A stretch of 64,000 bases of DNA from Obrimoposthia wandeli (taxonomy: Eukaryota): the NCBI GenBank assembly GCA_977020255.1, contig CDROCS010002180.1, forward strand, positions 434,001 through 498,000. Direction: 5' to 3'. This document shows positions 23,101 through 34,300 of this stretch, piece by piece. A program made the translations under genes and the position numbers. Numbering within the stretch: the stretch's first letter is position 1; each line of letters opens with the position of its first letter. The notes below the pieces were generated by a model. It saw nothing but the letters and a program-made list of their open reading frames with translations, did no database searches and was not told the DNA's origin.

Positions 23101-23472
23101 ATGTCGAAAATTATTTTCGCGTACAATGCTAAGAAAAGATGGACGATGAAGCCTGTAGTCGATATGGATGATGATGATGTCGACTTGGATGCGACACCAC
23201 AACAAAAAGGTAATTTTTTGATTAGTATTTTTAATTTAATTTTCATTTAGCAATGCCCAGTGTCACAACACCACCAATATCGATTGCGCCATGGATACCA
23301 ACAATATATGATGATGATGCTACTAGGAAAAGAAGGAAACAAAAGAAGCCGAAAACCTCTGATGATGATGATGATGCTACTAGGAAAAGAAGGAAACAAA
23401 AGAAGCCGACAATTTCTGATGATGATGATGATAATAAGAAAAATCCAAAAGTTTTTTTATCTTCTAAGAAAT
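23101..23472 (+). CDS. spliced Polinton gene, join(23101-23209,23251->23472), with acidic/basic 19-aa repeats; runs into the gap; upstream intron 23057-23100
   Basis: GTAAGT..TTAG and GTAATT..TTAG introns keep frame; DDDATRKRRKQKKP(K/T) repeated with 57-bp period. Confidence 0.7.
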
Positions 23473-24010
23473 NNNNNNNNNNNNNNNNNNNNNNNNNNNN
23501 NNNNNNNNNNNNNNNNNNNNNNNNNNNNNNNNNNNNNNNNNNNNNNNNNNNNNNNNNNNNNNNNNNNNNNNNNNNNNNNNNNNNNNNNNNNNNNNNNNNN
23601 NNNNNNNNNNNNNNNNNNNNNNNNNNNNNNNNNNNNNNNNNNNNNNNNNNNNNNNNNNNNNNNNNNNNNNNNNNNNNNNNNNNNNNNNNNNNNNNNNNNN
23701 NNNNNNNNNNNNNNNNNNNNNNNNNNNNNNNNNNNNNNNNNNNNNNNNNNNNNNNNNNNNNNNNNNNNNNNNNNNNNNNNNNNNNNNNNNNNNNNNNNNN
23801 NNNNNNNNNNNNNNNNNNNNNNNNNNNNNNNNNNNNNNNNNNNNNNNNNNNNNNNNNNNNNNNNNNNNNNNNNNNNNNNNNNNNNNNNNNNNNNNNNNNN
23901 NNNNNNNNNNNNNNNNNNNNNNNNNNNNNNNNNNNNNNNNNNNNNNNNNNNNNNNNNNNNNNNNNNNNNNNNNNNNNNNNNNNNNNNNNNNNNNNNNNNN
24001 NNNNNNNNNN
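23473..24010. other. assembly gap (538 N)
   Basis: Run of N. Confidence 1.
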
Positions 24011-24070
24011 ATTCTAATTATTTAAATAAACGTTTTGGGGATATAAATGATATAAAATCAAATTCTCCCG

Positions 24071-24132
24071 ACTGCCATAGCTGCCCGGTAACGCGGGGCA
24101 GTCTAACTCCTGGAATGGGGTCGCATAGTAAG
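24071..24132 (+). promoter_or_regulatory. internal copy of a ~62-bp GC-rich TIR cassette, 29 nt downstream of a TATA-like box
   Basis: Aligns with 28600-28662 and the reverse complement of ~14378-14440; TATAAATG at 24042. Confidence 0.75.
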
Positions 24133-24330
24133 TTAACTAAATCAAGAAGTTACCTCTTACTTTTTAAACCAGGGACACCTGTTGGGTCACCTGTTAATTC
24201 GTTAGAAAATTTCAATGTAAATGAGATATACTCGGGTTTTGAAAATATCCCGTTTAAAAAATATTTTAATCAACTAAAGAAAGTTAAAAATCAAAATATT
24301 GATTTAAGTAAACTGAAAACAGAAGGTAAG

Positions 24331-24621
24331 ATGGGTAAACGATTTCGTCAGAAGCTGCGTAGATTGAGAAAACAACCAGCAGGTATAACAATATTTGCAA
24401 ATTTATTAGGGTCTTGCAAACCCATTAATATTAGTCCAGGTCTGAAAATTACAGATCTGGCAAATAAATTATATGAAGTCTTCGGGACTGACCAAATTTA
24501 TTTTTATCGTAATGGCATGCCCTTTGAAGGGGAAGCTACTATTGGCAATGTTTTACATGAGGGGGCTATTATCCATGTATACCCTAAACTTCGTGGAGGA
24601 AGTAACTTATGTACATTGTAA
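24331..24621 (+). CDS. ubiquitin-like domain ending LRGG (24589-24600), in frame with downstream pPolB
   Basis: ITIFANLLGSCKPINISPGLKITDLANKLYEVFGTDQIYFYRNGMPFEGEATIGNVLHEGAIIHVYPKLRGG aligns by eye with ubiquitin; true start uncertain because the frame is open back to the gap. Confidence 0.8.
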   Translation: MGKRFRQKLRRLRKQPAGITIFANLLGSCKPINISPGLKITDLANKLYEVFGTDQIYFYRNGMPFEGEATIGNVLHEGAIIHVYPKLRGGSNLCTL

Positions 24622-27600
24622 AAGTATTGCATAAACGTTAATCATGGAATAGAATGTCATAGTGTAATGCTTAAATATTATAAATTTAAAAGCGGTTTTA
24701 TTTGTCCACATTGTGATGTGTTATATTGTATTGTCTATCAAACATTTTATAATGATCATAAGGATCATCTGACGTATTTTAAATCTAAAAAGTCGGCATA
24801 CAAACGTAAAGTAATGAGTGTACCAACAATAGACAACAATAAAATAACAAAAACTAATAATTTTGATGAAGAGTTTGATGTGGTAGACTCGTGGGAACCG
24901 GATAGTGTTGTAGAAATTGATACTAATCCTGAAGTTGTAGAAATTATTGAGCCTTTAACCCCTAATGACATCTTAAATAATAATAATATTGATGAACTTA
25001 TAGATCAGGACGAGTTTATAACAGAAAATGATTTTTTCGACTCGCTCCTAGCTATTACGGATGATGACTTTGATAATATTGTTACAATTAATTCAGATAA
25101 TACATTAACTTTTAACAATCAAATAGGAGGTGCAATTCAATCAAACCTTGTTTTTGATGTTAGTGGGTTAAACATGCTTAAACTATACATTAACGATACT
25201 ATGCTAACTGAACTTACTATCAGTATAGATGTGTTTGGTCCCTGTAAAATACAGTTTGGTGTTGAAACCGAATTTGTCAATAATGAGGGTCAGCATAAAA
25301 CATGGCATGTAAGCTGTAAAGCAAATATTTTTGAACAAGATTTTATCACTACAAGAACAGTTGAGCTCAACAATAAAATTGAAATTTATAAGGATATGAG
25401 TTCGGGATGGTCAGTATTTAAAATTCTGTTGGTATCCTTTAAATTTACTGCACTTTAAAACGTAGCAGGATCATCATTTATAAAAACCCCGGTTGCGCTT
25501 GCTAAAACACTATCTATAGTGAACGTAAATAATACTGATGATCAGTGTTTTAAATACGCTGTTCTCAGTATCTTACACTATAAAGATTTCAATCGAACAG
25601 ACAAAGAGTTGAAAACTATAATGAATATTTAAATGAACTAATATGCGAGCTTGGTTCTATGAGGATAGACTGCATCAAGGTGTTTGAAAAACTCAATAAT
25701 TTTGCGATAACAGTATTTTCCTATAAACCTACAAAGGTAAAGCCTCATAGTAGTCATCTAGTGTTTAAAAACCTAGATGTTAACGTTATTTATAGAACGA
25801 GTCTTAGGCAGTGCAAAAAAGTAGTAAACTTGTTGCTGTTGAAACAGAGCGGTAATTATCACTATACAGGGAATACAAAACTGAATAGACTTTTATATAC
25901 TCAAAAATATAATGTGCGTCTCTTTTCGGTTTTCGAACCACGATTTCATATGACAAACACAGGGCACATTGTAATATTAATACAGATTTAACAACCTTGT
26001 TTACAATGCCTAAAGATATCAAGTGTCAGTTTTCCGACTATTCTAAATCTATTGCGCCACCATTTGTTGTATATGCCGACTTTGAGTCAATACTCGAGCC
26101 GCATAATACTTTCAAACACATTCATAAACCAATATCTATAGGGATGATTTTGAAAAACAACACTAATAATTCAATACAATATTTTAGTTATTACGGTCTG
26201 CAGTGTGCTAAAAACTTTGTAGATAAATTAACTGAGTTGATAAATGGTGAAGTGGCAGATTTTTGGGTAAATAGTATTAATGTTCCTATGGTTTTTATTA
26301 ATAATGACATGTTGAACTTTAGAGATTGCACTAATTGCTATCTTTGTAGAAAATTAAACGATCGTATGGTTAGAGATCATGATCATATCACGGGTAAATA
26401 CTTGGGTGCGGCATGCAACAAATGCAATTTAAGTCGCAAGTTTGCAAAGAGACCAGTTTTACCTGTGGTGTTTCATAACCTTATGGGTTATGATATACAT
26501 CTTATTCTAAAATATGCTGACTTGAAAGGTAAATACTTTTCAATTATCCCTAAATCAAGTGAAACGTTCATGTCCCTCCGTATAGAGATGAAGAGGGGGA
26601 CATTGAAATTCATTGATTCATACCTTTTTACAACGTCAAGTCTTGAATCCTTAGTTTCATACTTGTCAAGTTGTCCTTATACTACACAATACCTAAACCC
26701 TAATATTGCAACAAGTAAGGCGGTATTTCCATATGAATATATTAGTGGTGTTGATAGGCTTGTGGAGAGGCAGTTACCTGCTAAATCTGAGTTTCCTTCT
26801 CGAGTCACTGATCAACAATATAATGAAGCCCTAATGATGTGGCCGTATTAGGGTGTAATACTATTAAAGACTACATGCTTGAGTATATGAAACTTGAGGT
26901 GTACCTGTTATGTGATGTTTTTGAGGCCTTCAGACAGAAAGTAAGGGATGATGATAATCTAGAGGCGCTCAATTTTTTTAGTATCCCGGTCTCAGTTGGG
27001 CTAGCGCATTAAAAACGTTAGAGTATGACGTGGATTTATTGCATGATCCCGAAATGTATAACATGTTTGAGGCAGGGATACGGGGAGAGATGACTTTCAT
27101 CAAAAAACATTACGTTAAAACAACAGATGAAACATTCCTCCTATACATTGACATAAACAACCTATATGGCTGGGCCATGAGTCAACCGTTACCACATACA
27201 GATTTTACATGGGTATATGACGGTTTTGAAGCGATAATTGAGCTTATAACTGAGAGGGATATTCACGGTAATATGCAGGACTTAAGTCTTAAAGAACATG
27301 GATACTTGATGGAAATTGATTTACACATACCCATCAGTATTCATGATAAACGTGATGACTTACCGATTGCGCCTAATAGAGAAATCCCTCCCGGCTCAAA
27401 AGCTTCAAAGCTGTTGATGACCCATGAGGATAAAAATAATTACATCATACACTCACAACTACTACAATTTTACTTGTTTCTGGGCACAGAAATTAAACAA
27501 GTGCATAGAGCAATAAAGTTTCATCAAGCTCCTATATTTAAAACATATATTTATATCAATAGCCGGAAACGGCATGTAGATAAAGATGTTCTCTTAAAAC

Positions 27601-28094
27601 AAATGATTAAAGATCAAAGGTTAGATACTAGTAATTACCCGCTCACACATGAGTTATTTAACGATACTCATCGAAATGTTATTGGAAAGTTTAAAGATGA
27701 AAGCAAAAGGACAGTGCTTTATGATGAATGGGTATTTCTGAAACCTAAATGCTACTCATTGAAAACCAGTATGAGGGCTAAGGGTATCTCCCTTAAACAA
27801 ACCGAAATCAGACATGAGCATTACATCAAGTGTTATGTTGATGATGAAATTATAACTGCCGGTCAGACACGTATTTTATCTCGTAATCATCAATTATTTA
27901 CAATGTATAATTATAAAATTGCGTTAAGGTGTTATGACGATAAAAGGGTTTGGATTGAGAAAATCAAATCCGTCGCATATGGACACTATAGTCTAAGACA
28001 GGTGTATAAAATCTGGGGTAACCTCTTGAAAGTATTGACTTATATCCTTCTTATTTTTATTGTAATAAGCAGAATATTGTATGTATCTTTTTAA
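24622..28094 (+). pseudogene. polB: protein-primed family B DNA polymerase (terminal-protein region, OTU-like segment, exonuclease, EndoVII-like insert, polymerase); fragmented, motifs B and C deleted
   Basis: SSGWS, NTDDQCFKYAV, VVYADFESIL (ExoI), RDHDHITGKYLGAACNKCN, FHNLMGYD (ExoII), YIDINNLYGWAM (motif A), IGKFKDE, DDKR..AYGHY; several stops and frameshifts. Confidence 0.95.
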
Positions 28095-28211
28095 ATGCGA
28101 TAGTATGTATATATTTTTAATGCTATAGTATGTATATATTTTTATTGATGTTTATTATTATTAATACATTGTATGTATCATAACCATGTCTTGACTTCCT
28201 ACTAGCTACTC

Positions 28212-28270
28212 ATTGGATAATTTCGTTGGATAATTTCATTGGATAATTTTAACAAATTCTCTATAAATAT
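28212..28270 (+). promoter_or_regulatory. three 13-bp repeats containing TTGGATAATTT followed by TATAAATA
   Basis: TTGGATAATTT at 28213, 28226 and 28239; TATAAATA at 28262, 42 nt before ATG 28304. Confidence 0.65.
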
Positions 28271-28303
28271 ATACACACTTCAACCAATTTCTTATTATTT
28301 CAA

Positions 28304-28543
28304 ATGACTATTTTTAAATAAAAATTACAAGCTCTCCATGATAACCTGAGCCCTACCTTGATGGCACAGTATACTGAAAAATACTTAAACTTATTTGTTG
28401 CACCAGAACATTTTGTCTCAAGGATTGAAGAACTTTATATGTATCATCTGTTTAACGGAGACTTTAAACCTAAAGTTGCAACAATCATTAAAATAGAAGA
28501 AGAAGAAAGCATGGATTGTGTTAATGAATATAATTATGTATAA
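28304..28543 (+). pseudogene. small Polinton ORF (~79 codons) with TAA at codon 6
   Basis: ATG 28304 is in frame with ORF 28358-28543; preceded by a TATA box. Confidence 0.45.
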
Positions 28544-28561
28544 ACATAGACTTTTTTACTA

Positions 28562-29158
28562 GACTCCTAATATAAACAAAAACGTTTTTAAAGATAAAAA
28601 CTGCGATAGCTTTCCGGTTATGCAGGGCAGTCTAACTCCTGGAATGAGGTCGCAGTACTAAGTAAATTAAATAGTTGCAAATAAAAAGTTGGGACAGTCA
28701 ATTGGGTTTAATTTCAAATGTTTAATTTTTTAATTTAAAATTTTTAAATTGTAATTCTTAAATTGTGAATTCTAAATTAAAATTTTTTAATTTAATTTTT
28801 AATTTCTAAATTTTTTAATCTAGTTTTTTAATTTCTAAATGTTTTATAATTTAAATTTAATTTTTAATTTCTAAATATTTTTTTTTTATTTTCTAAATTT
28901 TTAATTTTTGAACTATATACTTAATGCTTACATAATATTAACCTACATAATTGTAAATGACACATAAGACCAATCAGGATTGAAAACGTAAAGTGTCGGT
29001 TCAAAAACAATAGCACACAAAGCCCTCCCCCCGAACAAGGAACGAGGAACAAAGCACATCTGAATGACTAAGCGAATTCCAGATGTGCTTTGTTCCTTGT
29101 TCCTTGTTCGGGGGGCTTAGTATGCTATTGTTTTAGAACCGACACTTTACACTTCTCT
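28562..29158 (-). repeat. right TIR of Polinton with terminal hairpin 28988-29150
   Basis: Reverse complement of the left TIR; ends CTCT followed by TSD AGTTAT. Confidence 0.92.
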
Positions 29159-29164
29159 AGTTAT

Positions 29165-30070
29165 CTTACACAATCTCTAACAAGTGGGGATGATCCGCCT
29201 ATCGATTTTAGTTTAGGGTTGGTTGATCACTAGAGTCTTTACTCTAAAATGTGGCAAGGTTAGGGTGGTAGGTTTTTGGAGAGCTGGTTGCTCTAAATTA
29301 TGGGCAAAATATTGTTTAAGTTTAGAGAGCTGGTGGCTCTAAAATCTGGGCTGATTTTAACCTTAACTTTTCGGTTTCAATAAATGACAAAATTACGACT
29401 TTACTTTTGTCTTTACGTTCAATTAAAATAGATATAGACTTTCGATTTTATGTTCAATTAAAATAGATATAGACTTTCGACTTTTCGTTCGATTAAAATA
29501 GATATAGACTTTCGACTCCGACTCTCACCGTCGATTTTACTGGCACAGCAAATGGTCCTCTGTCCTCTGAGTCAGTTCGCGGATCGGTTCTCGTTCCGTT
29601 CGGTATTACGGACTGTCTGGATGCGTAGCGGTCCTCTGGGTGCAGTGCAGATCCGGTTTTCCGCTCGATTCTGGTCCGCTTGTGGATGATTCTTCGATTG
29701 TCCGACTTTCTATTCTAATTTCGAGATTTTTGAGAGATCCACTTTTTGAGCCAGACAAATTTTTTGTGACTGTGATTTCAGTTTCCGTGTGTTATATGGA
29801 ATGACAACTTAGAATTTCCATGGACAGTTATTAATTAAATAGCACTTAACTAATGATTCTTACTTTGAGACTGGACGGCTGGCGTAGTTCCCAGCGGCTC
29901 TTCCGAATTCGTGTCTCCTGTATCTGCAAAATTGAGTAAACTTGCACTTAGCTTAAGTGCCTTACCTCGCTATCTGGATTCCGGCTGGCGAGTTCGCAGT
30001 GTCTTCTGACTGTACTAATGGACTGGCTGGTCTGGCTGTTTCTCAGCGTTCGTTTTCTTAAGTTTCTTTG
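29165..30070 (+). mobile_element. LTR 3' end (to 29182), PBS-like AG-TGGGGATGATCC, and GC-richer leader-like region of an LTR retrotransposon
   Basis: CTAACA|AG|TGG architecture; no matching tRNA identified; no gag ORF seen. Confidence 0.45.
29417..29516. repeat. three tandem 35-bp repeats
   Basis: gttc(a/g)attaaaatagatatagactttcga.. at 29417, 29452 and 29487. Confidence 0.9.
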
Positions 30071-30089
30071 TAATTATTATTAAGACTTC

Positions 30090-30958
30090 AAAAATATAGA
30101 TCAAAATTGTGAAAATTATCAGAAACGAAAATAAAGTAGTCACACAAGAACAAAAAAATCAAATAAAGAAAATTCGGATTAAAGTCTTTTTAGTAGCATA
30201 TTTATATATTTTTGTGGGCCATTGAAAACAACATATAATGGAAAAAATACATAATTGCTATAATTGATCAATTTAGTAAGTACATAGTTCTGAACGCTGT
30301 AGCTGATCAAAGCGAAAAAATATATAATCCATATCATCATTCAAGTAACGGACAAGTTGAAAGACAATTTCAGACAATCAAAGATTCATTAAATTTAATA
30401 ATGAAAGAGAAATGCTCTAAAAATTGGCTAACGTTCTTCCAGAAGTAGAGTTCTCTATGAATACTACTGTATAAGCAACAGAAAAAATGAGTCCAGCTGA
30501 AATAATATATGAAAATAAATTGCTCTTGAATGGTTTGAAGAAAAAGAAAGATACAAAGACACATTTAAAACCTAAAAACAGAATTAATCAAAAGAATGAA
30601 AATAACTTCAAGAAAAATAATTAGATGTTCGAAATAAGGATGATAATCGCTATGAGAGTCCTGGAGTCATAGTAGAGAAAATACATGATAAAGCTTTCAA
30701 AATAAAATTTCCAAACAAAACATGTAAAGTAAGAAATATAGAATGGATAAAACAATTTCAAAAACCGAGGGAGATGTAATAGATTGTGTAAACTGTGGTT
30801 TACGAACCTACGGATCTTTAGGTAATATGTATGCTGGTGAATGTGGGATTGTGTGTTATGTTTGTATTGCTCAACAATGACCTATATATATCCTCAGCAC
30901 AACAATGAATGCTGTTTATTTATTAATATAATTATATCTGAACTTCGGTCTTCTAACA
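30090..30958 (+). mobile_element. Gypsy-like remnant: degenerate integrase, PPT and 184-bp 3' LTR (30775-30958)
   Basis: FCGPLKTTYNGK..IIAIIDQFSKYI and PYHHSSNGQVERQFQTIK; purine tract GAGGGAGA then TGTAAT...CTAACA. Confidence 0.8.
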
Positions 30959-32989
30959 ATAATTATTTCACTAAAATCTAAATTCTCAGGCCCAGTATTT
31001 TGTTAAGAATTCACCTATTTTGTACTTGACACAGAAATCAGGCTCAACAAATGCTTAGATATACTAAACGACTACAGAAGTAATTGATAACTTTCGGTTG
31101 GATATTTATATAACATTTCATTGTATATTATTATTTGATAGTGGACTATCTATATTCAATATTTTATGATACTAATAAACCTTAATTTAGAAAAATTTGA
31201 AGTGAAAATTTACGTTTGATTTTAGTAACCCGATTCAGAACAGATAATTACCCCTTCAGATTTGAGATAAAAATCAGTGTAGGCCATCCACAAAAGTCTT
31301 ATACATTTGAGAACACAAGTACTAAAAATGAGAAATGAAATAACTCTAGTCCCAAACCTATTAACATTTTATATATATGTCCTATAAAAAATAATGAATA
31401 TTATTTTGAAATTAAAATGATCAGAAAAGATCAGTTTTAGGGTTAAAATTGCAGAACAATATTTCTTTAATTTAATGATAGTCAATTTTAAATTTTGCTT
31501 ATAATCTGAACTTCGAATTTTGGTAATAAATAAATATGTGTTATTGCTCCCATAAAAATTTATTTTCTAATTAATCTGTTTTATTTATATTTTTTCATTT
31601 TGTATATGTATTTAATAAAACATTATTATATTCACAGATAAAGTTTCAAATTTGAGAAACTCGAAAATTACTGGTTTAGAAGAAAGCATTCTTTTTTACT
31701 TTAACATGAAACATTTTTACATGGAAATTTTAGTAAAACACCTATTTTAATTTAAAAGTTCTCCTTTTATTTTTAACACCATAGACAATTAATTATTCAT
31801 ATATCACTGCTTTCTGATTATAGTTAAAGTGAGAACAGACTAGAATTGGTTAAAGTTTTCTAAATTATGATATTTTGGACAATTCTTCCCAGTAGGCAAT
31901 ATATTTATAATGAGATGGATCGTCTTCTTTTGGACAACTAATTATTGATACAAGCAATATTATGGTTAAATATATTGTCATCGTGAAATTAAAGTCGGCA
32001 TTGAACTGCGGTAACAAAGCAAATGTAATTTCTAGCAGCCAACGAGAGTAAGGAGCGATCGTGTCGAGTGACACTGAATATTCCTTTGATAACAATGTCA
32101 TATATATCTTGAATGAAATAAATCCTTATATAATATATCGAAAATTTATTTTTATTCATGAAATTGTCAATTACTTTTTCAAGTTTCAAATCAATTTTTA
32201 AAATCTTTTAGAGATGATGGCAACACAGACTTGTTTTATGATGGGTTTTACAGCAGTTTTAGAAGAGTAAGATGAATCAAATTAAAAATCTTAATTCATA
32301 AAATTAGTAACAATAGTAAATCAGTTTGAAACACTGATTTAATAAGGAGTAAGCAATACGTTTGTGAGTTCTATTAAATTTCATATATTTAAAAACTTCA
32401 GTTTGTTAAGTATTCAAATTAACTATATGGTTCTACAAAGTTTATGTGATTTAGCAAAGAAATTAATTGTTCATTTTACTTTTAGGATTACATTTTAATT
32501 TCCAAATAGATTTTACAAATATCAGAGGCTTGAAATCTAAGGCATGTTTGCTTAAAAATGAAGATTTTTATAGTCTTGTTGATTTGTGGATACAACACTA
32601 TATACTTATGTAGTAGGATCAAAATACTGATCAGTAAACGTATCAAAAGAATAAATAATTCAAGATACCTGGTAAAAAGAAAATATCAAGCTTACCAAAT
32701 AACTCAATTTAGCATTTCTTCTAAATAGAATTCAAATGAAGGCATTCAATTTTTTTCTTGACACAAATTATACATTTAAAACTTCATTTAATTATTAAAA
32801 CTTATTTAAATGTAATTTTTTTAAATACTACATTTAAATATAAATATATTAAATTTGTGATTGTTTTAAAATTTCAATATTATATTAAAAATAAATAATT
32901 ATTTTAGTGTAATATTCAAAATTGATCTTTGATGTAAAAAATATTTTATTTAAATAAAAATTTAAAGACTCATATTTATTATAAATATA

Positions 32990-33426
32990 ATGGACGGCTA
33001 TTTACGAGTTTTTGAAGAAGGAAATATTTTAAAATCAAAAATATTTTGGGGTGTTCTTCAGGATTATTATTTCACATTTTTTCCGGGTATGTAAAATAGA
33101 TTTCCACATGTATAATGTTGTATAATGCCAGATAAAAAATACAGAGATCCTGAATTCGTCATAAATCTAATGGGCTGCACAGTTATACCACGTTTTGACG
33201 AGAATTATAATCTTAATATGATTGAGGTACGAAGTAGATTGTTAAGCGTATATAGCATGGACTTGTACATACATTTCGAGGAGCAGATTACATATTTTCA
33301 TCATAATTGCTAGGTAATCAATGCTCGTGGAGCGCACACTCTATTGACGCCGAATGAAGCGAAAGATTTCGACAGATGGGCCAATGTTTTGAAAAACACT
33401 GTGGAGAAATACAACGGCGAATACGG
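32990..33426 (+). CDS. PH-domain-encoding exons 32990-33086, 33132-33226, 33314-33426 (start of host gene 2)
   Basis: Spliced: MDGYLRVFEEGNILKSKIFWGVLQDYYFTFFPDKKYRDPEFVINLMGCTVIPRFDENYNLNMIEVINARGAHTLLTPNEAKDFDRWANVLKNTV, the PH pattern with terminal-helix Trp; phases consistent. Confidence 0.85.
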
Positions 33427-33799
33427 GTTTGTACTGATTTTAGATTCAGAAGTTTTAATACCTAATACAGCACAAATACAAGTCAGTCTGCGATAATGAG
33501 TGAGTGATGTTTATCGTGTTACAGAAAACCCTAAAGTTTCTTGTTGATCTAAACCGGTACTCGTGTATCAACACAAATACACTGAAAACTGCCTGACACG
33601 TAAATATAGGCAGTAGCCCGAGAACATAGAAACTCAAGGGGGAATTACCAGTTGGAATATGCTGAAAACAAATGCCCTATTTTTTTTGTGCAAGGTCATC
33701 TTTGTTCATTAAGTACAGTTAACAATTTAAAGTACGATATGTACGTCATCTTTTCCAGCTGGGATTCAACAAAAACAATATTTTACTAAGTAATAAAAT

Positions 33800-34300
33800 T
33801 ATGATGGAACTGAAATTTGGCAAGCAAGTTTTGATCGATGTCTGGCCACCATTTCCAAAGTTTCGTTCACAAATATTATAAACTTCCGGATATATTCTCC
33901 CGCAAAGCCTGTTTGACCAGCCTTGGACTAGTCCTTTCTCACTGTGTTTGCTTTGCTCAAAAATATGGATTTTTCATGAACTTGGTTGTTGATACCCCAG
34001 TAAACTTAGGAGGTTGTAAAGACTATTCTAAGCATACATGAGGATTTTCTGAGGCCCATATGAAAATAGGCTCCATCTAACGAAAGGAAAGCCTCAATGT
34101 TGTTGAGTAAGTGTTGGTTAAACAGTTCACAAACTCGAGTTCATCTTCATGACTATTGGTTTACCCGGTTTTGTAGCATCAGCAAGGCTGTATGTGGTAT
34201 CAAACCCCTGAATTACTTTGCGTATTGTTGTAACTGAAATGGATCGCTGTGGACATTGCACTTCTTTTTATATGGTCTCAGAATTAACAGGGTCGATTCA
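33800..34300 (-). mobile_element. degenerate Tc1/mariner (DD37D/maT-like) transposase fragment
   Basis: ISVTTIRKVIQ, FLSLDGAYFH, ASENPHVCLE*SLQPPKFT resemble FSDEAHFHL and SENPH..PLHPPKVT. Confidence 0.6.

Larger units (their letters stand above)
13901..29158 (+). mobile_element. Polinton/Maverick (adintovirus-like endogenous virus), ~15.3 kb, decayed
   Basis: TIRs 13901-~14478 and ~28562-29158; AGTTAT at 13895-13900 and 29159-29164 (6-bp TSD); right end ...CACTTCTCT is the reverse complement of a canonical AGAG terminus; full gene set ATPase, INT, penton, hexon, adenain, pPolB. Confidence 0.97.

Noticed and set aside
23260-24621. 453-aa ORF spanning the gap
   Set aside because: Artefact of translating through 538 N; the pre-gap gene is in the 23253 frame after splicing, and the post-gap frame is treated separately.
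29417-29516. CRISPR-like array
   Set aside because: The 35-bp units are directly tandem with no unique spacers, in a eukaryotic context.
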